Assembly: GCA_963797095.1 (NCBI GenBank)
Contig: CAWCNY010000006.1
Span: 384,001 to 448,000 of the forward strand
Reading direction: 5' to 3'
Source of the DNA: an uncultured Chloroflexia bacterium
Lineage (GTDB): Bacteria > Chloroflexota > Chloroflexia > QHBQ01 > JADMIH01
DNA length: 64,000 nucleotides
The notes under the pieces are model-generated. The model had not been told where the DNA came from, searched no databases, and was given only the letters and a program-made list of their open reading frames with translations. The translations under genes were made by a program, and so were the position numbers. Each line of letters begins with the position of its first letter. The stretch's first letter is position 1. Below are positions 19,374 to 30,119 of the stretch, piece after piece.

Positions 19374-20270
19374 ATGGTCACAATTACCGAAGGCGATTTC
19401 AACGGTATGGCCTGCCTCTGGCTTTCCAACCCCCACGTTCGTCTGGCAGTTACCACCGCACGCGGCCCTCGTGTCGCCTTCTGGGGCTGGCGCGACGGTC
19501 CCAACCTCTTCGCCGAGCTACCCGATGCTGCCGTGGAAACTCCCGCAGGCCCCTACTACTTCCTCGGCGGCCATCGCCTCTGGTACGCCCCCGAATCCCT
19601 CGACACCACTTACTGGCCCGACAACCATCCTCTTGAGGTTACGCATACCGGCGATGAAGCTACTTTCACCACCCAGGCGGACAACGCAGGTATTGTCAAG
19701 CAAATCACCATCCACCTTTCACCCGACGCGCCCCAGGTAAGGCTTACCCACACCCTAAGCAACGCCGGACCTGCGTCGATACACCTGGCCCTCTGGGCGA
19801 TTACCATGTGCCGCCCTGGCGGAGTTGCTCTCTTGCCGCAGCCCCAGCAGCCCACCGACCCGCAGGGCTTCCTTCCCAATCGCAACTTCAGCTATTGGCC
19901 CTACACCGACATCCTCGACAATCGCCTCGTCCAGGGCAATCGTGTGGTCCTGGTCAAAGCCACCCCAGGTCCGAACAACAAGATAGGTTATCGCAGCACC
20001 CACGGCTGGCTGGCCTATCTCCTCGATAACACCCTGTTCACCAAGAGTTTCGACCCCCAATTGCGCGGCGAGCACCCCGACATGGGTTGCAACGCCGAGG
20101 TTTTCTTCTCCGACAACGTGATCGAGTTAGAAACTCTTGCCCCTCTGGTCACGCTCGACCCCGGCAGCGAGACAACCCACGAGGAAACCTGGGCTTTGCA
20201 CAATGTCACCACCCCGGTAGAAAAGGAAGATGATGCCCTCGCGCTAGCCGGCCTTCTAGACCTGAAATAG
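19374..20270 (+). CDS. galactose-mutarotase-like / DUF4380-type protein
   Basis: GPRV, GGHRLWYAPE, IELETLAPL, HEETW; AAGGAG RBS before ATG 19374. Confidence 0.7.
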   Translation: MVTITEGDFNGMACLWLSNPHVRLAVTTARGPRVAFWGWRDGPNLFAELPDAAVETPAGPYYFLGGHRLWYAPESLDTTYWPDNHPLEVTHTGDEATFTTQADNAGIVKQITIHLSPDAPQVRLTHTLSNAGPASIHLALWAITMCRPGGVALLPQPQQPTDPQGFLPNRNFSYWPYTDILDNRLVQGNRVVLVKATPGPNNKIGYRSTHGWLAYLLDNTLFTKSFDPQLRGEHPDMGCNAEVFFSDNVIELETLAPLVTLDPGSETTHEETWALHNVTTPVEKEDDALALAGLLDLK

Positions 20271-20355
20271 CCGGTGCCCAACCTACCCGTATGCACCAAG
20301 CAATAGGCAATATGCAATACGCAGTAAGCAGTACCCAACATCCCCAACTACACCA

Positions 20356-22692
20356 CTACAAATCGCCATTGCTGTCCGTGATCCTACCGATCACCTGCTC
20401 AAGCGGCATCGCCCGGCCCTCTTCCCACGCCCTCGCAAACGCCTCCTCGTCCATCCGGGATCGTGTCTCTTCCACACATTGCTCGTACTCCGCCTGGTCC
20501 ACAGGCGGCAGAGGCGCACCAACGGCCAGGCGCAACGTTTCCTCCACGCCATACAACCATGACGCTCTCAGCGGGTGCTTGCGCGCGGTCTCAACCGTTG
20601 CAAGCCCTCCCAGGCAGGCCAGTATTATGTGCTTCGCGTCAAGTTCCCAGCCAAGCTTCAACGCCTCCACAAACAGAGTGCTTGCCCTATCATAGTCCCC
20701 CATGAATCGCGCCGCCTCCGCAAAGTTGGTAAGTGTCGCCGCTATGCCGCGCCTATCATCGAGTTCGCGGTACAACGGCAGGCTCTCCTCCATATAAACG
20801 ACCGCCTGCGCGAAGTTCTCCCTGTACAATTCCAGTAACCCCAGGTTGACCAGTATATTCGCCAGCCCCAGTTTGTCCTGGGCCTCTCTCTTAATACCCA
20901 GGCACATCTCGAAGTATTCCGCTGCCCGGTCAAAATCACCCTGATCCATAGCGACAAGCCCCAGCACCGATAGCGCCGATGCCGTACCGTTGCTATCCCC
21001 CAACTCCTTCCGGATCGCGATACTAACCTGGAGCCACTGTTCCGCCACCTTCAGGTCTCCTTGTGCTTGCGCCAGCGCCCCCACGCTGTAGGCCACATCA
21101 GCCCTCAACCTCGCCGGAAACCCTTCACTGTGCTCAAGCACTTGCCCCAATCTCTTGCGCCCCTCCGTCAAATACCCTTTCATATCCCAGAAATATCTGA
21201 GCGATACCGCAAGCCGGGCCGCGATCTCGGTCTCTCCGTTATCGAGCGCCCAATCCAGTGCCAGGCGCAGATTATCGTGCTCCTCTTCCAATTTCGTGAG
21301 CCACAGCCCCTGCTCAGAGCCACTCAGCAAAGGACCGGCGGCCTCGGCCAGCGCCAGGTAATATTCGGCGTGATTCCGCCGTATCGTTGCTGCCTCCCCG
21401 CTTGCTTCCAGCAATTGCGCCGCGTATTGGCGTATCATCTCCAGCATCGTCAGGCGCAACTCGCCTCCTCTATCCTCCCTCTGCAACAGACTCTTATCCA
21501 GGAGCGACATAACCACATCCAGCGCGTCCGTCGCTTGATCGGAGTAGACGTAGCACACCGCCTGCACCGCTGCCAGCGTGCACCCTCCTGAGAACACCCC
21601 CATTCGCGTAAAGAGGGTCCGCTCTTCTTCCTTCAGCAATTCATAGCTGGCGTCGATGGCATGCCATAGCGTCTGATGCCGCTCCGGCAGGTCTCGCGGG
21701 CCTTGCGTGAGCAGCACCAACCTGCTATCGAGCATAGAAAGCAGCATCTCAGGGCTTAATAGCTTGCACCGCGCCGCCACAAGCTCAATAGCAAGCGGCA
21801 GCCCGTTCAGCCTTACGCAAATAGCGGCTATCGCTCTCGCGTTCTCCTTGTTCAGCACAAAATCAGGCCTCACCGCCCTCGCACGCTCCACGAACAGTGC
21901 GATAGCCGGATATCGTGCCAGTTCCTCCTCACCTGGCAGATTCGCCAGGTCGGGCGCGTCCAACGGCTCGATTGGATACTGCTGCTCGCCGCGCACCCTC
22001 AACGCTTCCCGGCTGGTCACGAGCACCTTGATCTGAGAACATTCCGCTATAACCTCGGCCACGTTCGGCCCCGCCTCTACCACCTGCTCGAAGTTGTCCA
22101 GTAGCAGCAGCGCCTTCTTACCCTTCAGACGCTCTACCAGTACAGGCAATATCGGCTCCCCACTGCTGTCGCTAACATCCACCGCCTGCGCGATGGTGGG
22201 GATCACCAGGTCCGCCGACCTGATAGGCGACAAAGCCACAAAGAGCACCCCATCCCCAAACTCCCTGAGCACGAATTTTGCTACTTCCAGGGCAACCCGT
22301 GTCTTGCCGATACCCGGCGCCCCCACCAGAGTCACCAGTCTTGATCCTTCCGAAAGAAGCAACTCGCGTATCGACGCCACCGTCTCTTCTCGCCCCAACA
22401 GCGGCGTCAGGGGCGTGGGCAGATTCGTCTCCGTCGTGCCGTGCTCATCTGCTTCGTCTGCATCCGGCTGCCAGCGAGCAAGTGATATAAACGCTGGACG
22501 CTCTTCCGAAGCTATATTCAGGCAATCCGCAAGTAGCTCGGCTATCTGCCTCGACGGCTTGCGCTCTCCTAGTTCCAGCTTCTCTATGAGCGAATGAGAG
22601 CACCCCACACAGGCAGCCAGTTCTTTCCGGGAAAGATCAAGCGCCTGGCGTCGTTGTCTAAGCCACTCGCCGAACGATGTTGCGTGGTTCAT
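20356..22692 (-). CDS. XRE HTH - NB-ARC/STAND - TPR transcriptional regulator
   Basis: FGEWLRQRR..ELA..KLELGERKPS; [27 protein letters not shown]; TPRs. Confidence 0.92.
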   Translation of the reverse strand: MNHATSFGEWLRQRRQALDLSRKELAACVGCSHSLIEKLELGERKPSRQIAELLADCLNIASEERPAFISLARWQPDADEADEHGTTETNLPTPLTPLLGREETVASIRELLLSEGSRLVTLVGAPGIGKTRVALEVAKFVLREFGDGVLFVALSPIRSADLVIPTIAQAVDVSDSSGEPILPVLVERLKGKKALLLLDNFEQVVEAGPNVAEVIAECSQIKVLVTSREALRVRGEQQYPIEPLDAPDLANLPGEEELARYPAIALFVERARAVRPDFVLNKENARAIAAICVRLNGLPLAIELVAARCKLLSPEMLLSMLDSRLVLLTQGPRDLPERHQTLWHAIDASYELLKEEERTLFTRMGVFSGGCTLAAVQAVCYVYSDQATDALDVVMSLLDKSLLQREDRGGELRLTMLEMIRQYAAQLLEASGEAATIRRNHAEYYLALAEAAGPLLSGSEQGLWLTKLEEEHDNLRLALDWALDNGETEIAARLAVSLRYFWDMKGYLTEGRKRLGQVLEHSEGFPARLRADVAYSVGALAQAQGDLKVAEQWLQVSIAIRKELGDSNGTASALSVLGLVAMDQGDFDRAAEYFEMCLGIKREAQDKLGLANILVNLGLLELYRENFAQAVVYMEESLPLYRELDDRRGIAATLTNFAEAARFMGDYDRASTLFVEALKLGWELDAKHIILACLGGLATVETARKHPLRASWLYGVEETLRLAVGAPLPPVDQAEYEQCVEETRSRMDEEAFARAWEEGRAMPLEQVIGRITDSNGDL

Positions 22693-22946
22693 ACAGGTCT
22701 TTCTAGGCTGCCCTCCAGCCCGTCATACAACTGACGCAGACACCGGAGAGAGGGAGGGAATATCCGTTTTGTGTGTGGTTTTGTGTGGCCTGTGGGACTA
22801 TTGCCCTCTTCAGACCTGCACTATAATGCCATCACATCAACGACGTGAGCGCCCTTCTGTCGAACACTCACACAAGTATACCAATCAATAGCAATACGAA
22901 AGCTGTAACAGATGCACATCATGCAAGCCACGTTTACGAGGTCCCG

Positions 22947-23168
22947 ATGAAATGGGAAACACCACCCAAAGACTCGCATGTTTTCATCATGAGAATTTGG
23001 GTTGACGAAGCACACGGTGATAACGGGCAGGCTGCGCTCAGAGGTCGAGTGCAGCACATACTTGGCGAGGAAGTCCGCTCCTTCCACGATTGGGATTCGC
23101 TGGTAGATGCTCTCCAGGGCATGCTTGCCCTATCTGCAAAGGAGTCCAACCAACAAGCCACAAATTAA
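22947..23168 (+). CDS. small hypothetical protein (FIMRIW..RGRVQH..RSF..L motif)
   Basis: GAGG RBS; alternating beta-strand pattern plus C-terminal helix; first gene of divergent unit. Confidence 0.7.
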   Translation: MKWETPPKDSHVFIMRIWVDEAHGDNGQAALRGRVQHILGEEVRSFHDWDSLVDALQGMLALSAKESNQQATN

Positions 23169-23233
23169 CACACCGTTAGTCCTCCCCGCCTGTACACCAT
23201 TTAGCGCCCACACCAAAAGCGAAGGAGAAAGAA

Positions 23234-26200
23234 ATGCTGGCATTAGCGCGCGCTCCCTTCAAATTAAGGCAGACCGCCAGGGCAGCCATAATTGTTGTGT
23301 TACTTACGGCGGTAATGATGCTCGTGACCGAGGGCACATTCGGGCCATCCGGCTCCCTCCCCACCTTATCAGTCGTCACCGGCCTGCCCCTATCCTTCGA
23401 GCCTAATGTGGGGCAGGTCGCGGCCCCCGCCCAATTTCTGGTACGCCAGTCCAATAGCTCGATCTTCTTTACCCCTTCGGAAGTAGTCCTCGCCCTTGCC
23501 CCAGGCAACCCTGACCGCAAAGCCCGGACCACTCTGGGCACTCTCTCATCCGGCGACCTCGACCAGAGCAGCCGAAGCCCCTCTACCCAATTAACCACCC
23601 TTACCACCCTGCGCATGACCTTCGTGGATGCGGATTCCGGTTCTGCCATCAACCCCTCCCAGAGGTTGCCAGGCAAGGCCAACTACCTGAAAGGCAACGA
23701 CCCCTCGGCCTGGCACACCAACATCCCCACCTACGCTGGTATCACCTATTCAGGACTCTACCCAGGCATAGACCTCTCCTACTCAGGCTCCGGCGGGCAT
23801 CTCAAGGGCACCTACTACCTCGCCTCAGGCGCTGACCCCTCGCTCGTCCGCTGGCGCTACGATGGCGCTCAAAACACCACCATCGACAACGATGGCAATC
23901 TTGTAATCACTTTGGACACCAGATCAACCAGCTCTAAAATCCGAAATCCGAAACCCCAAATCATAGAGGTGGCTCCCACCGCCTGGCAGCAGATCGACGG
24001 CAACCATGTGCCTGTGAACTCCGCTTATCAACTGGCTAAGGACGGCACTATTGCATTCCGGCTGGGCAAATATGATCACACCGAACCCCTGATCATAGAT
24101 CCTACCCTCGTCTATTCCAGCTACCTCGGCGGTTACTATGAGGATGGCGCGCGAGAGATCCAATTAGATAGTGAAGGCAACCTCTATATAACCGGCTATT
24201 CCTTTTCCCCCGACTACCCGACCACCCCCGGTTCTTACCAGTGGTCGCTGGGCAGCGCCTTCGCCGAGGATGCTTTCGTCACAAAGCTCACCCCCGACGG
24301 CTCGGCAATAATCTACTCCACATTCATCGGCGGCACATTTTCGGAGAGGGCCGAAGCCCTTGCTGTCGATTCTGAAGGCAACGCCTACATCACCGGGTGG
24401 ACCTCTTCTAACGATTACCCTGTGTACCACGCCTTCCAGCCCACCTGCCAGTGCACCCCCGAAGACGGCTTTGTCTCCAAACTGAACCATGACGGTTCCG
24501 CCCTCGTCTACTCCACCTTCCTGGGTGGGCAGGCAGGCGATGATGGCTTCGCTATCGCGGTCAGCGGCGCGGGCAACGCCTATGTCACTGGCCGCACCAG
24601 TGCCCCCGACTTCCCCGTCACCGCCAATGCCTACCAGCCTGAACTCGACTGCTCCAACAGTTGTGGGGCCGATGCTTTCGTCACAGAATTCACCACCGAT
24701 GGCACCGGCCTCGTCTATTCCACCTACCTCGGCGGCGACTTTGCTCCCGGTCGCGTGGGCAACGAACTCGGATTTGGCATAGCCGTCGACGCGGCAGGCA
24801 GGATCTACGCAATCGGCGTAACCACCTCCGCAGACTTCCCTGTCACCTCAAACGCCTACCAGACCTTCTGGGGAGGCAACGACGATGCCTTCATTTCCAA
24901 GTTTGACGTAAGCCTAGCCCCTCAACAACAACTCCTCTACTCCACCTACTTTGGCGGCGTCTTCTTCGACGATGGCTTTGGCATAACCGTAAGCGATCCC
25001 GACATCATCTACGTTACAGGGCACACAGATTCGTCCTCCGGCTTCCCTATCACCTCAGGGGCAGTCCAGCAAACTATCGGCGGCGGGCTGGATGCTTTCG
25101 CCTCCAAGCTCGACACCAACCAGAGTGGTAGCGCCTCCCTTCTCTACTCAACCTACCTCGGTGGCTCAAGCGACGATATCATGGGCAACATCATACCCGC
25201 CCTCACCAGCAATATCGTGCCCGATCTTTCGGGCAATGCCTATCTCTCCGGCAGAACTTTCTCCACTGATTTCCCCATCGCCGACCCTATCCAGCCCACC
25301 AATCATGGTGTAGAGGATGTATTCGTGACCGCATTGAACCCCTCGGCCTCCGCGCTGGTCTTCTCCACCTACCTGGGCGGTACCGACGACGAAAACGGCA
25401 ACGCGCTCACAATTGACGCTGTGGGTAACATCTTCCTTGCGGGCAGCACCCAATCGACCGACTTCCCGGTTGCCAACCCCCTCCAGCCGTCCAGCGCGGG
25501 CGATATTGATGCCTTCGTCGCCAGAGTCTTCAACAACCTCTTCACACCCGTGCCCACCTACACCCCTATACCCACTTCCACGGGCACGGCCCCCACGGCC
25601 ACTCCCACTATCTGCACGCCGCAGAACAACTACTCGGTCAGAATGGAGACGGGGGCCACCCTCGTGCCCGGCACCACCGATATCGGCATGCATTGCGATG
25701 ATTGTGTAACATCCCTTCCCCTCCCCTTCCCCGTCACCCTCTACGATCAGACCGCCACCTCGATCAACGTCAGTGCCAACGGTAACCTGCAATTCCTCAG
25801 CGCGGATCCGGGGCCAGGCACTGATAGCTGCTTCCCACAGCCATCGTTCAACTACGTCATAGTACCCTTCCTGGCCGATCTAAACGTAACAAACGGGGGT
25901 ATCTATACTTCCCTGGATGGTGTGGCTCCATTCCGTATCTTCACCATCGAGTGGCGCGGATGCCAGTACAACCCCTCGAACTACCAATGCACCATCCCTA
26001 TCGACCTGGAAGTCCGTCTCTATGAGAACTCTCCTGAGCGCCAGATAGATTTCATCTACGATCAGGTATCCGACTACGGAGTTGTGGGCATTCAGAAAGG
26101 CACCGGCCAGCTTTACAAGCTCTACAACTGCTTCAGCACGGGCAATCTCTACCAGGGGGTCAAAGTCACCCTCCTCCTACCAACATGCTCCACCCCATTC

Positions 26201-28102
26201 CCCACCTCAACAGGTACACCTCCCACCGGCACACCCACCGCCACCCCAACGTTCACTCCCTCTGCCACCCCCACCCAGGACACATGCCACAACCCCGGCA
26301 CCTGGCAACCTGAGCCTACCATGACCACCGCGCGCGCTAAGGTGGCAGGCGCTGTTGCAAACGGCAAGCTCTACGTCATCAGCGGCCAGAACGATGACCC
26401 CGAATCCCCACAGGAAGTAGTCGAAGCCTATGACCCCGCCACAAACGCCTGGGCCACCGTATCCCCCATACCCGTTGCTGCGCGCGAGGCAGGCGCTGCC
26501 TCCGTTGGCGGCAAAATCTATGTGGCAGGCGGCTTGAGCACCAGCTTTGCGGTCCTGACCAACATGCAGATATACGATACCGTTACCGGTGCCTGGTCCC
26601 AGGGCGCTCCCCTCCCTGCTCCTCGTGCGGGCTCTGCCGTGGTCACCTACAACGATAAGGTCTATATCATCGGTGGCGAGCAAAGCTCAAGCATCTACCA
26701 GACCAATACCATGTGGGAATACGATCCCACCACCAACGGCTACACCACCAGGGCCCCTATGCCCATCCCCTCCACGGACCTCAAGGCAGCAGCCGTTGGC
26801 AGCCTGATATATGTGCTCGGTGGCGATGAAACATTCTTCCACTACGTCTACAACCCCGCCACCAACACCTGGTCCACCATCGCGCCGCCGCCGGTCCCCA
26901 ACTTCAGCCTGCCTGCCATTTTCGTGCTCAATGACGAAATATGGCTCCTTGCGGGTGGCTTCAGCTACGAGCGTCCATACCCACTGTCTCAAGAAGTGCT
27001 CATATATAGCCCCGCTCACAACACCTGGCGGTATGGCCCGCTACTCAACACCCCACGCTTCTATGGCCCTGCTGCTGGCACAATCGGCGACCGTGGCTAT
27101 CTTGTAGGCGGAGTCGACGCGAGCATACCCGGCGGTCCCGACTTCAACTATCTCAGCAGCATGGAATCTATTGCATACCTGCCCTGTGGCACTCCCGCCG
27201 CCACCGCCACCGCCACCTCCACCCCTATCTCTACATCAACATCTACCGCCACCGCCACTTCCCACTCTACATCTTCCCCTGTTGCTACCGGCACAGTAGA
27301 GCCAACCTCAACATTAGCACCTTCCGCGACCTCTACAGGCGAACCGGGCACACCCTCCCCCATCGTTACCACAACCTCCCCTCCAGGCGCGACACTTACG
27401 CCTACCGCCACTCCCCCAACCACCTTCACCATGACCGTTCCAACCTCCACTCCAACCAACTGCACCATACAGTTCACCGATGTTACCGAAGACAATACCT
27501 TCTACCCCAGCATCATCTGTTTGGCCTGTGGTGGCATCATCGACGGCTACACCAGCGGTTGTGAGACCGGAAACCCCTGCTTCAAGCCAGGTAACAACGT
27601 CACACGCGGACAGATATCCAAGATAGTATCCAACGCTGCCGGCTTCAACGACACCCCCACCGGCCAGACCTTCCAGGATGTGCCTCCCGGCTCCACTTTC
27701 TACGATTACATAGAGCGCCTCGCAGCCAGAGATGTTATGCAGGGCTACCCCTGCGGCGATCCCATCGAACCCTGCATCGGCCCCGATAATCGCCCCTACT
27801 TTCGTCCTAACGGCACAGCTACCAGAGGGCAGATATCCAAGATAGTATCGAATGCGGCAGGCTTCAACGACACCTCCACCGGCCAGGCCTTCCAGGATGT
27901 GCCCCTCAATTCCACCTTCTACGACTACATTGAGCGCCTATCCAGCCGTGGCATCATCAACGGCTACCCCTGCGGCGGTCCAGGCGAGCCATGCATCGGC
28001 CCCGATAATCGCCCCTACTTCCGCACCGGAGCATTGACCACCAGGGGCCAGGCCTCCAAGATAGTAGCGCTAGCCTTCTTCCCTGAATGTGGCACATCCT
28101 GA
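23234..28102 (+). CDS. secreted SBBP beta-propeller + Kelch repeat + Pro/Thr linker + SLH-domain surface protein
   Basis: N-terminal hydrophobic segment; LSFEPNVGQ; repeated YSTYLGG..AVD..GNAYITG; Kelch GGKIYVAGG repeats; three F.DV..FY..I..RGQISK repeats. Confidence 0.9.
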   Translation: MLALARAPFKLRQTARAAIIVVLLTAVMMLVTEGTFGPSGSLPTLSVVTGLPLSFEPNVGQVAAPAQFLVRQSNSSIFFTPSEVVLALAPGNPDRKARTTLGTLSSGDLDQSSRSPSTQLTTLTTLRMTFVDADSGSAINPSQRLPGKANYLKGNDPSAWHTNIPTYAGITYSGLYPGIDLSYSGSGGHLKGTYYLASGADPSLVRWRYDGAQNTTIDNDGNLVITLDTRSTSSKIRNPKPQIIEVAPTAWQQIDGNHVPVNSAYQLAKDGTIAFRLGKYDHTEPLIIDPTLVYSSYLGGYYEDGAREIQLDSEGNLYITGYSFSPDYPTTPGSYQWSLGSAFAEDAFVTKLTPDGSAIIYSTFIGGTFSERAEALAVDSEGNAYITGWTSSNDYPVYHAFQPTCQCTPEDGFVSKLNHDGSALVYSTFLGGQAGDDGFAIAVSGAGNAYVTGRTSAPDFPVTANAYQPELDCSNSCGADAFVTEFTTDGTGLVYSTYLGGDFAPGRVGNELGFGIAVDAAGRIYAIGVTTSADFPVTSNAYQTFWGGNDDAFISKFDVSLAPQQQLLYSTYFGGVFFDDGFGITVSDPDIIYVTGHTDSSSGFPITSGAVQQTIGGGLDAFASKLDTNQSGSASLLYSTYLGGSSDDIMGNIIPALTSNIVPDLSGNAYLSGRTFSTDFPIADPIQPTNHGVEDVFVTALNPSASALVFSTYLGGTDDENGNALTIDAVGNIFLAGSTQSTDFPVANPLQPSSAGDIDAFVARVFNNLFTPVPTYTPIPTSTGTAPTATPTICTPQNNYSVRMETGATLVPGTTDIGMHCDDCVTSLPLPFPVTLYDQTATSINVSANGNLQFLSADPGPGTDSCFPQPSFNYVIVPFLADLNVTNGGIYTSLDGVAPFRIFTIEWRGCQYNPSNYQCTIPIDLEVRLYENSPERQIDFIYDQVSDYGVVGIQKGTGQLYKLYNCFSTGNLYQGVKVTLLLPTCSTPFPTSTGTPPTGTPTATPTFTPSATPTQDTCHNPGTWQPEPTMTTARAKVAGAVANGKLYVISGQNDDPESPQEVVEAYDPATNAWATVSPIPVAAREAGAASVGGKIYVAGGLSTSFAVLTNMQIYDTVTGAWSQGAPLPAPRAGSAVVTYNDKVYIIGGEQSSSIYQTNTMWEYDPTTNGYTTRAPMPIPSTDLKAAAVGSLIYVLGGDETFFHYVYNPATNTWSTIAPPPVPNFSLPAIFVLNDEIWLLAGGFSYERPYPLSQEVLIYSPAHNTWRYGPLLNTPRFYGPAAGTIGDRGYLVGGVDASIPGGPDFNYLSSMESIAYLPCGTPAATATATSTPISTSTSTATATSHSTSSPVATGTVEPTSTLAPSATSTGEPGTPSPIVTTTSPPGATLTPTATPPTTFTMTVPTSTPTNCTIQFTDVTEDNTFYPSIICLACGGIIDGYTSGCETGNPCFKPGNNVTRGQISKIVSNAAGFNDTPTGQTFQDVPPGSTFYDYIERLAARDVMQGYPCGDPIEPCIGPDNRPYFRPNGTATRGQISKIVSNAAGFNDTSTGQAFQDVPLNSTFYDYIERLSSRGIINGYPCGGPGEPCIGPDNRPYFRTGALTTRGQASKIVALAFFPECGTS

Positions 28103-28127
28103 GCGCAGCCGCGCCAGGAATAACAAC

Positions 28128-28161
28128 TGTGGGCCTCCAATGTAAGTGTTGGAGGCCCACA
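28128..28161. terminator. 13-bp hairpin downstream of surface-protein gene
   Basis: TGTGGGCCTCCAA-8 nt-TTGGAGGCCCACA; no clear U tract. Confidence 0.55.
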
Positions 28162-28340
28162 ATACTCAAGCTGATTAGCACTGAGGATTACGTGTCGGGT
28201 CTGAACCCTGAACATACAAGGTTCATGGCTCGAAAAATGCTGATGCTCTTGTTGTGGGCTAACCCATTGCTGGCATCAACTTTCCGTTGCCATAAGTGGC
28301 CCTTTCAGCGTTCATTTCAAGCACAAAAACAAGGAAGAAT

Positions 28341-29324
28341 ATGGCAAATGCCGAGCCAACAACAGTAGAGCGCGCCCTACCATCCTCAGACTCATCGTCC
28401 GAAGATTACGCTGTAACCATACAACACCTGGCTAAAACATATGGCCTTGTCAAAGCGGTTCAAGACCTTAGCCTGGAGATCATAAGGGGCGAGATTTTCG
28501 CCCTTCTTGGCCCCAACGGCGCGGGCAAGACCACTACAATAGAAATCCTCGAAGGCTATCGCAAGACCGACTCCGGCGCTGTTCGTGTCCTCGGCCTCGA
28601 TCCCCAAAATAATGCCGACCTGACAAAACTTAAGGAGCGCCTGGGTGTCATGCTCCAACAGTCCAGCATCTACCCCTCTATACGGGTAGGCGAGGCGATC
28701 AACCTCTTTGCCAGCTACTACGACCACCCCACCGACACAAACGAACTCCTCCGGCTAGTTGGCCTGGACGACCGCACCCATGCCTTCTTCAAGGAATTGT
28801 CAGGTGGTCAGAAGCAGCGTCTGGGGCTTGCCCTCGCTCTCGTCGGCAATCCCGACATCGTCTTTCTGGATGAGCCTACTGGTGCTATGGACCCCCAGGC
28901 ACGCCGCCAGACCTGGGATATCATCATTGGCCTGAAAGAGCGAGGTGTTACCGTGCTCCTTACCACCCACCAGATGGAGGAGGCGCAGCACCTGGCCGAC
29001 CGCGTAGCCATCATCGACCACGGCGCGCTGGTGGTCCTCGATAGTCCCTCTGCCCTCTCCCGGCACATCGGCTCGGACGAGGTGACCTTCCAGGCACAAC
29101 CGGGCCTTCCCATATCCGAGATTGCTGCGCTGGATGGCGCGCAATCGGCAGAGGAAGGCCCTCCAGGTCATTATCGTATAGCTGCCGCCAACACCGACAA
29201 ACTGATTATGTCCCTCATGCTTTGGGCCAACGCCCGCGATTTGCAGCCCACCGACATAAAAATAGAACGTGCCAGCCTCGAGGATGTTTTCCTAACGCTG
29301 ACAGGTGACGAGGTTAGAGATTGA
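28341..29324 (+). CDS. ABC-2 type exporter ATP-binding subunit
   Basis: GPNGAGKT, LSGGQ, FLDEP, TTH. Confidence 0.93.
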   Translation: MANAEPTTVERALPSSDSSSEDYAVTIQHLAKTYGLVKAVQDLSLEIIRGEIFALLGPNGAGKTTTIEILEGYRKTDSGAVRVLGLDPQNNADLTKLKERLGVMLQQSSIYPSIRVGEAINLFASYYDHPTDTNELLRLVGLDDRTHAFFKELSGGQKQRLGLALALVGNPDIVFLDEPTGAMDPQARRQTWDIIIGLKERGVTVLLTTHQMEEAQHLADRVAIIDHGALVVLDSPSALSRHIGSDEVTFQAQPGLPISEIAALDGAQSAEEGPPGHYRIAAANTDKLIMSLMLWANARDLQPTDIKIERASLEDVFLTLTGDEVRD

Positions 29325-30067
29325 TGAAGACCGGAGCGCTCCTTGCACAACTAAATATCGAAACCCGCATGATGTTTCGCCGCCGCGAAGTAGTCTTTTT
29401 TAGCATCCTACTTCCTGCCATGTTCATGCTTCTCTTCGGCAGTATTTTCGGCAATATTGTGGATGACAACGGCGTGAAAGTAATCAACTACCTCCTCCCG
29501 GGCTACGTGGTGCTCGCCGTCATGTCGGTGGCGCTCGTATCACTCGGCATCACGATGGCTAACGAGCGGCAATATGGAATCCTGAAGCGGTTGGGGGCCA
29601 CGCCCCTTCCCCGCCCACTGTTGCTGCTGGGCAAAATGGGGGCGGCCACCGTCGTAGTAATCGCTGCTGTGGTCATGCTGCTGGTACTTGGCCTCGGCTT
29701 CTATGGAGCCACCATCACGGGCGACCCCATAGAGATCGCCCTGGTGATTTTGCTCGGCATCGTGATCTTTTCAGTGATGGGCCTTGCCGTGGCCGGGTTG
29801 GTCAAAGGGGAGGCCGCTCCCGCTGCCCTCAACGCCATCTATATGCCGTTACTCTTCCTGGGTGGTGCGCTCCTACCCCTCAGTCAGATGCCTGACTGGC
29901 TCCAAAACATCGCCAAAGTGCTTCCCTCGTACCACTTCACCAACGCCCTTTACGAGATCATGGCACAGAACAAGCACTTGCCCGATGTTTGGCTCAACCT
30001 GCTCGGCATGTTGGTCTGGGGCCTGGCTTCCTTCATTTTGGCCGTGCGCACGTTCAAGTGGGAATAG
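29324..30067 (+). CDS. ABC-2 type exporter permease
   Basis: Six hydrophobic segments, ERQYGILKRL..TP, MPDWLQ; overlaps the ATPase stop. Confidence 0.92.
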   Translation: MKTGALLAQLNIETRMMFRRREVVFFSILLPAMFMLLFGSIFGNIVDDNGVKVINYLLPGYVVLAVMSVALVSLGITMANERQYGILKRLGATPLPRPLLLLGKMGAATVVVIAAVVMLLVLGLGFYGATITGDPIEIALVILLGIVIFSVMGLAVAGLVKGEAAPAALNAIYMPLLFLGGALLPLSQMPDWLQNIAKVLPSYHFTNALYEIMAQNKHLPDVWLNLLGMLVWGLASFILAVRTFKWE

Positions 30068-30119
30068 AACTTACGGCGACTGCTGGCTAGCAGTCGCCGT
30101 ACCGGTTGTTATCTCTTAC

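Noticed and set aside
18197-27344. 17-bp match GACCTCTACAGGCGAAC at ~18197 and ~27328
   Set aside because: One copy is in a coding linker, with no flanking similarity or mobile genes; plausibly chance.
28175-28201. TTAGCACT as CIRCE element
   Set aside because: Half-site only; no matching GAGTGCTAA arm.
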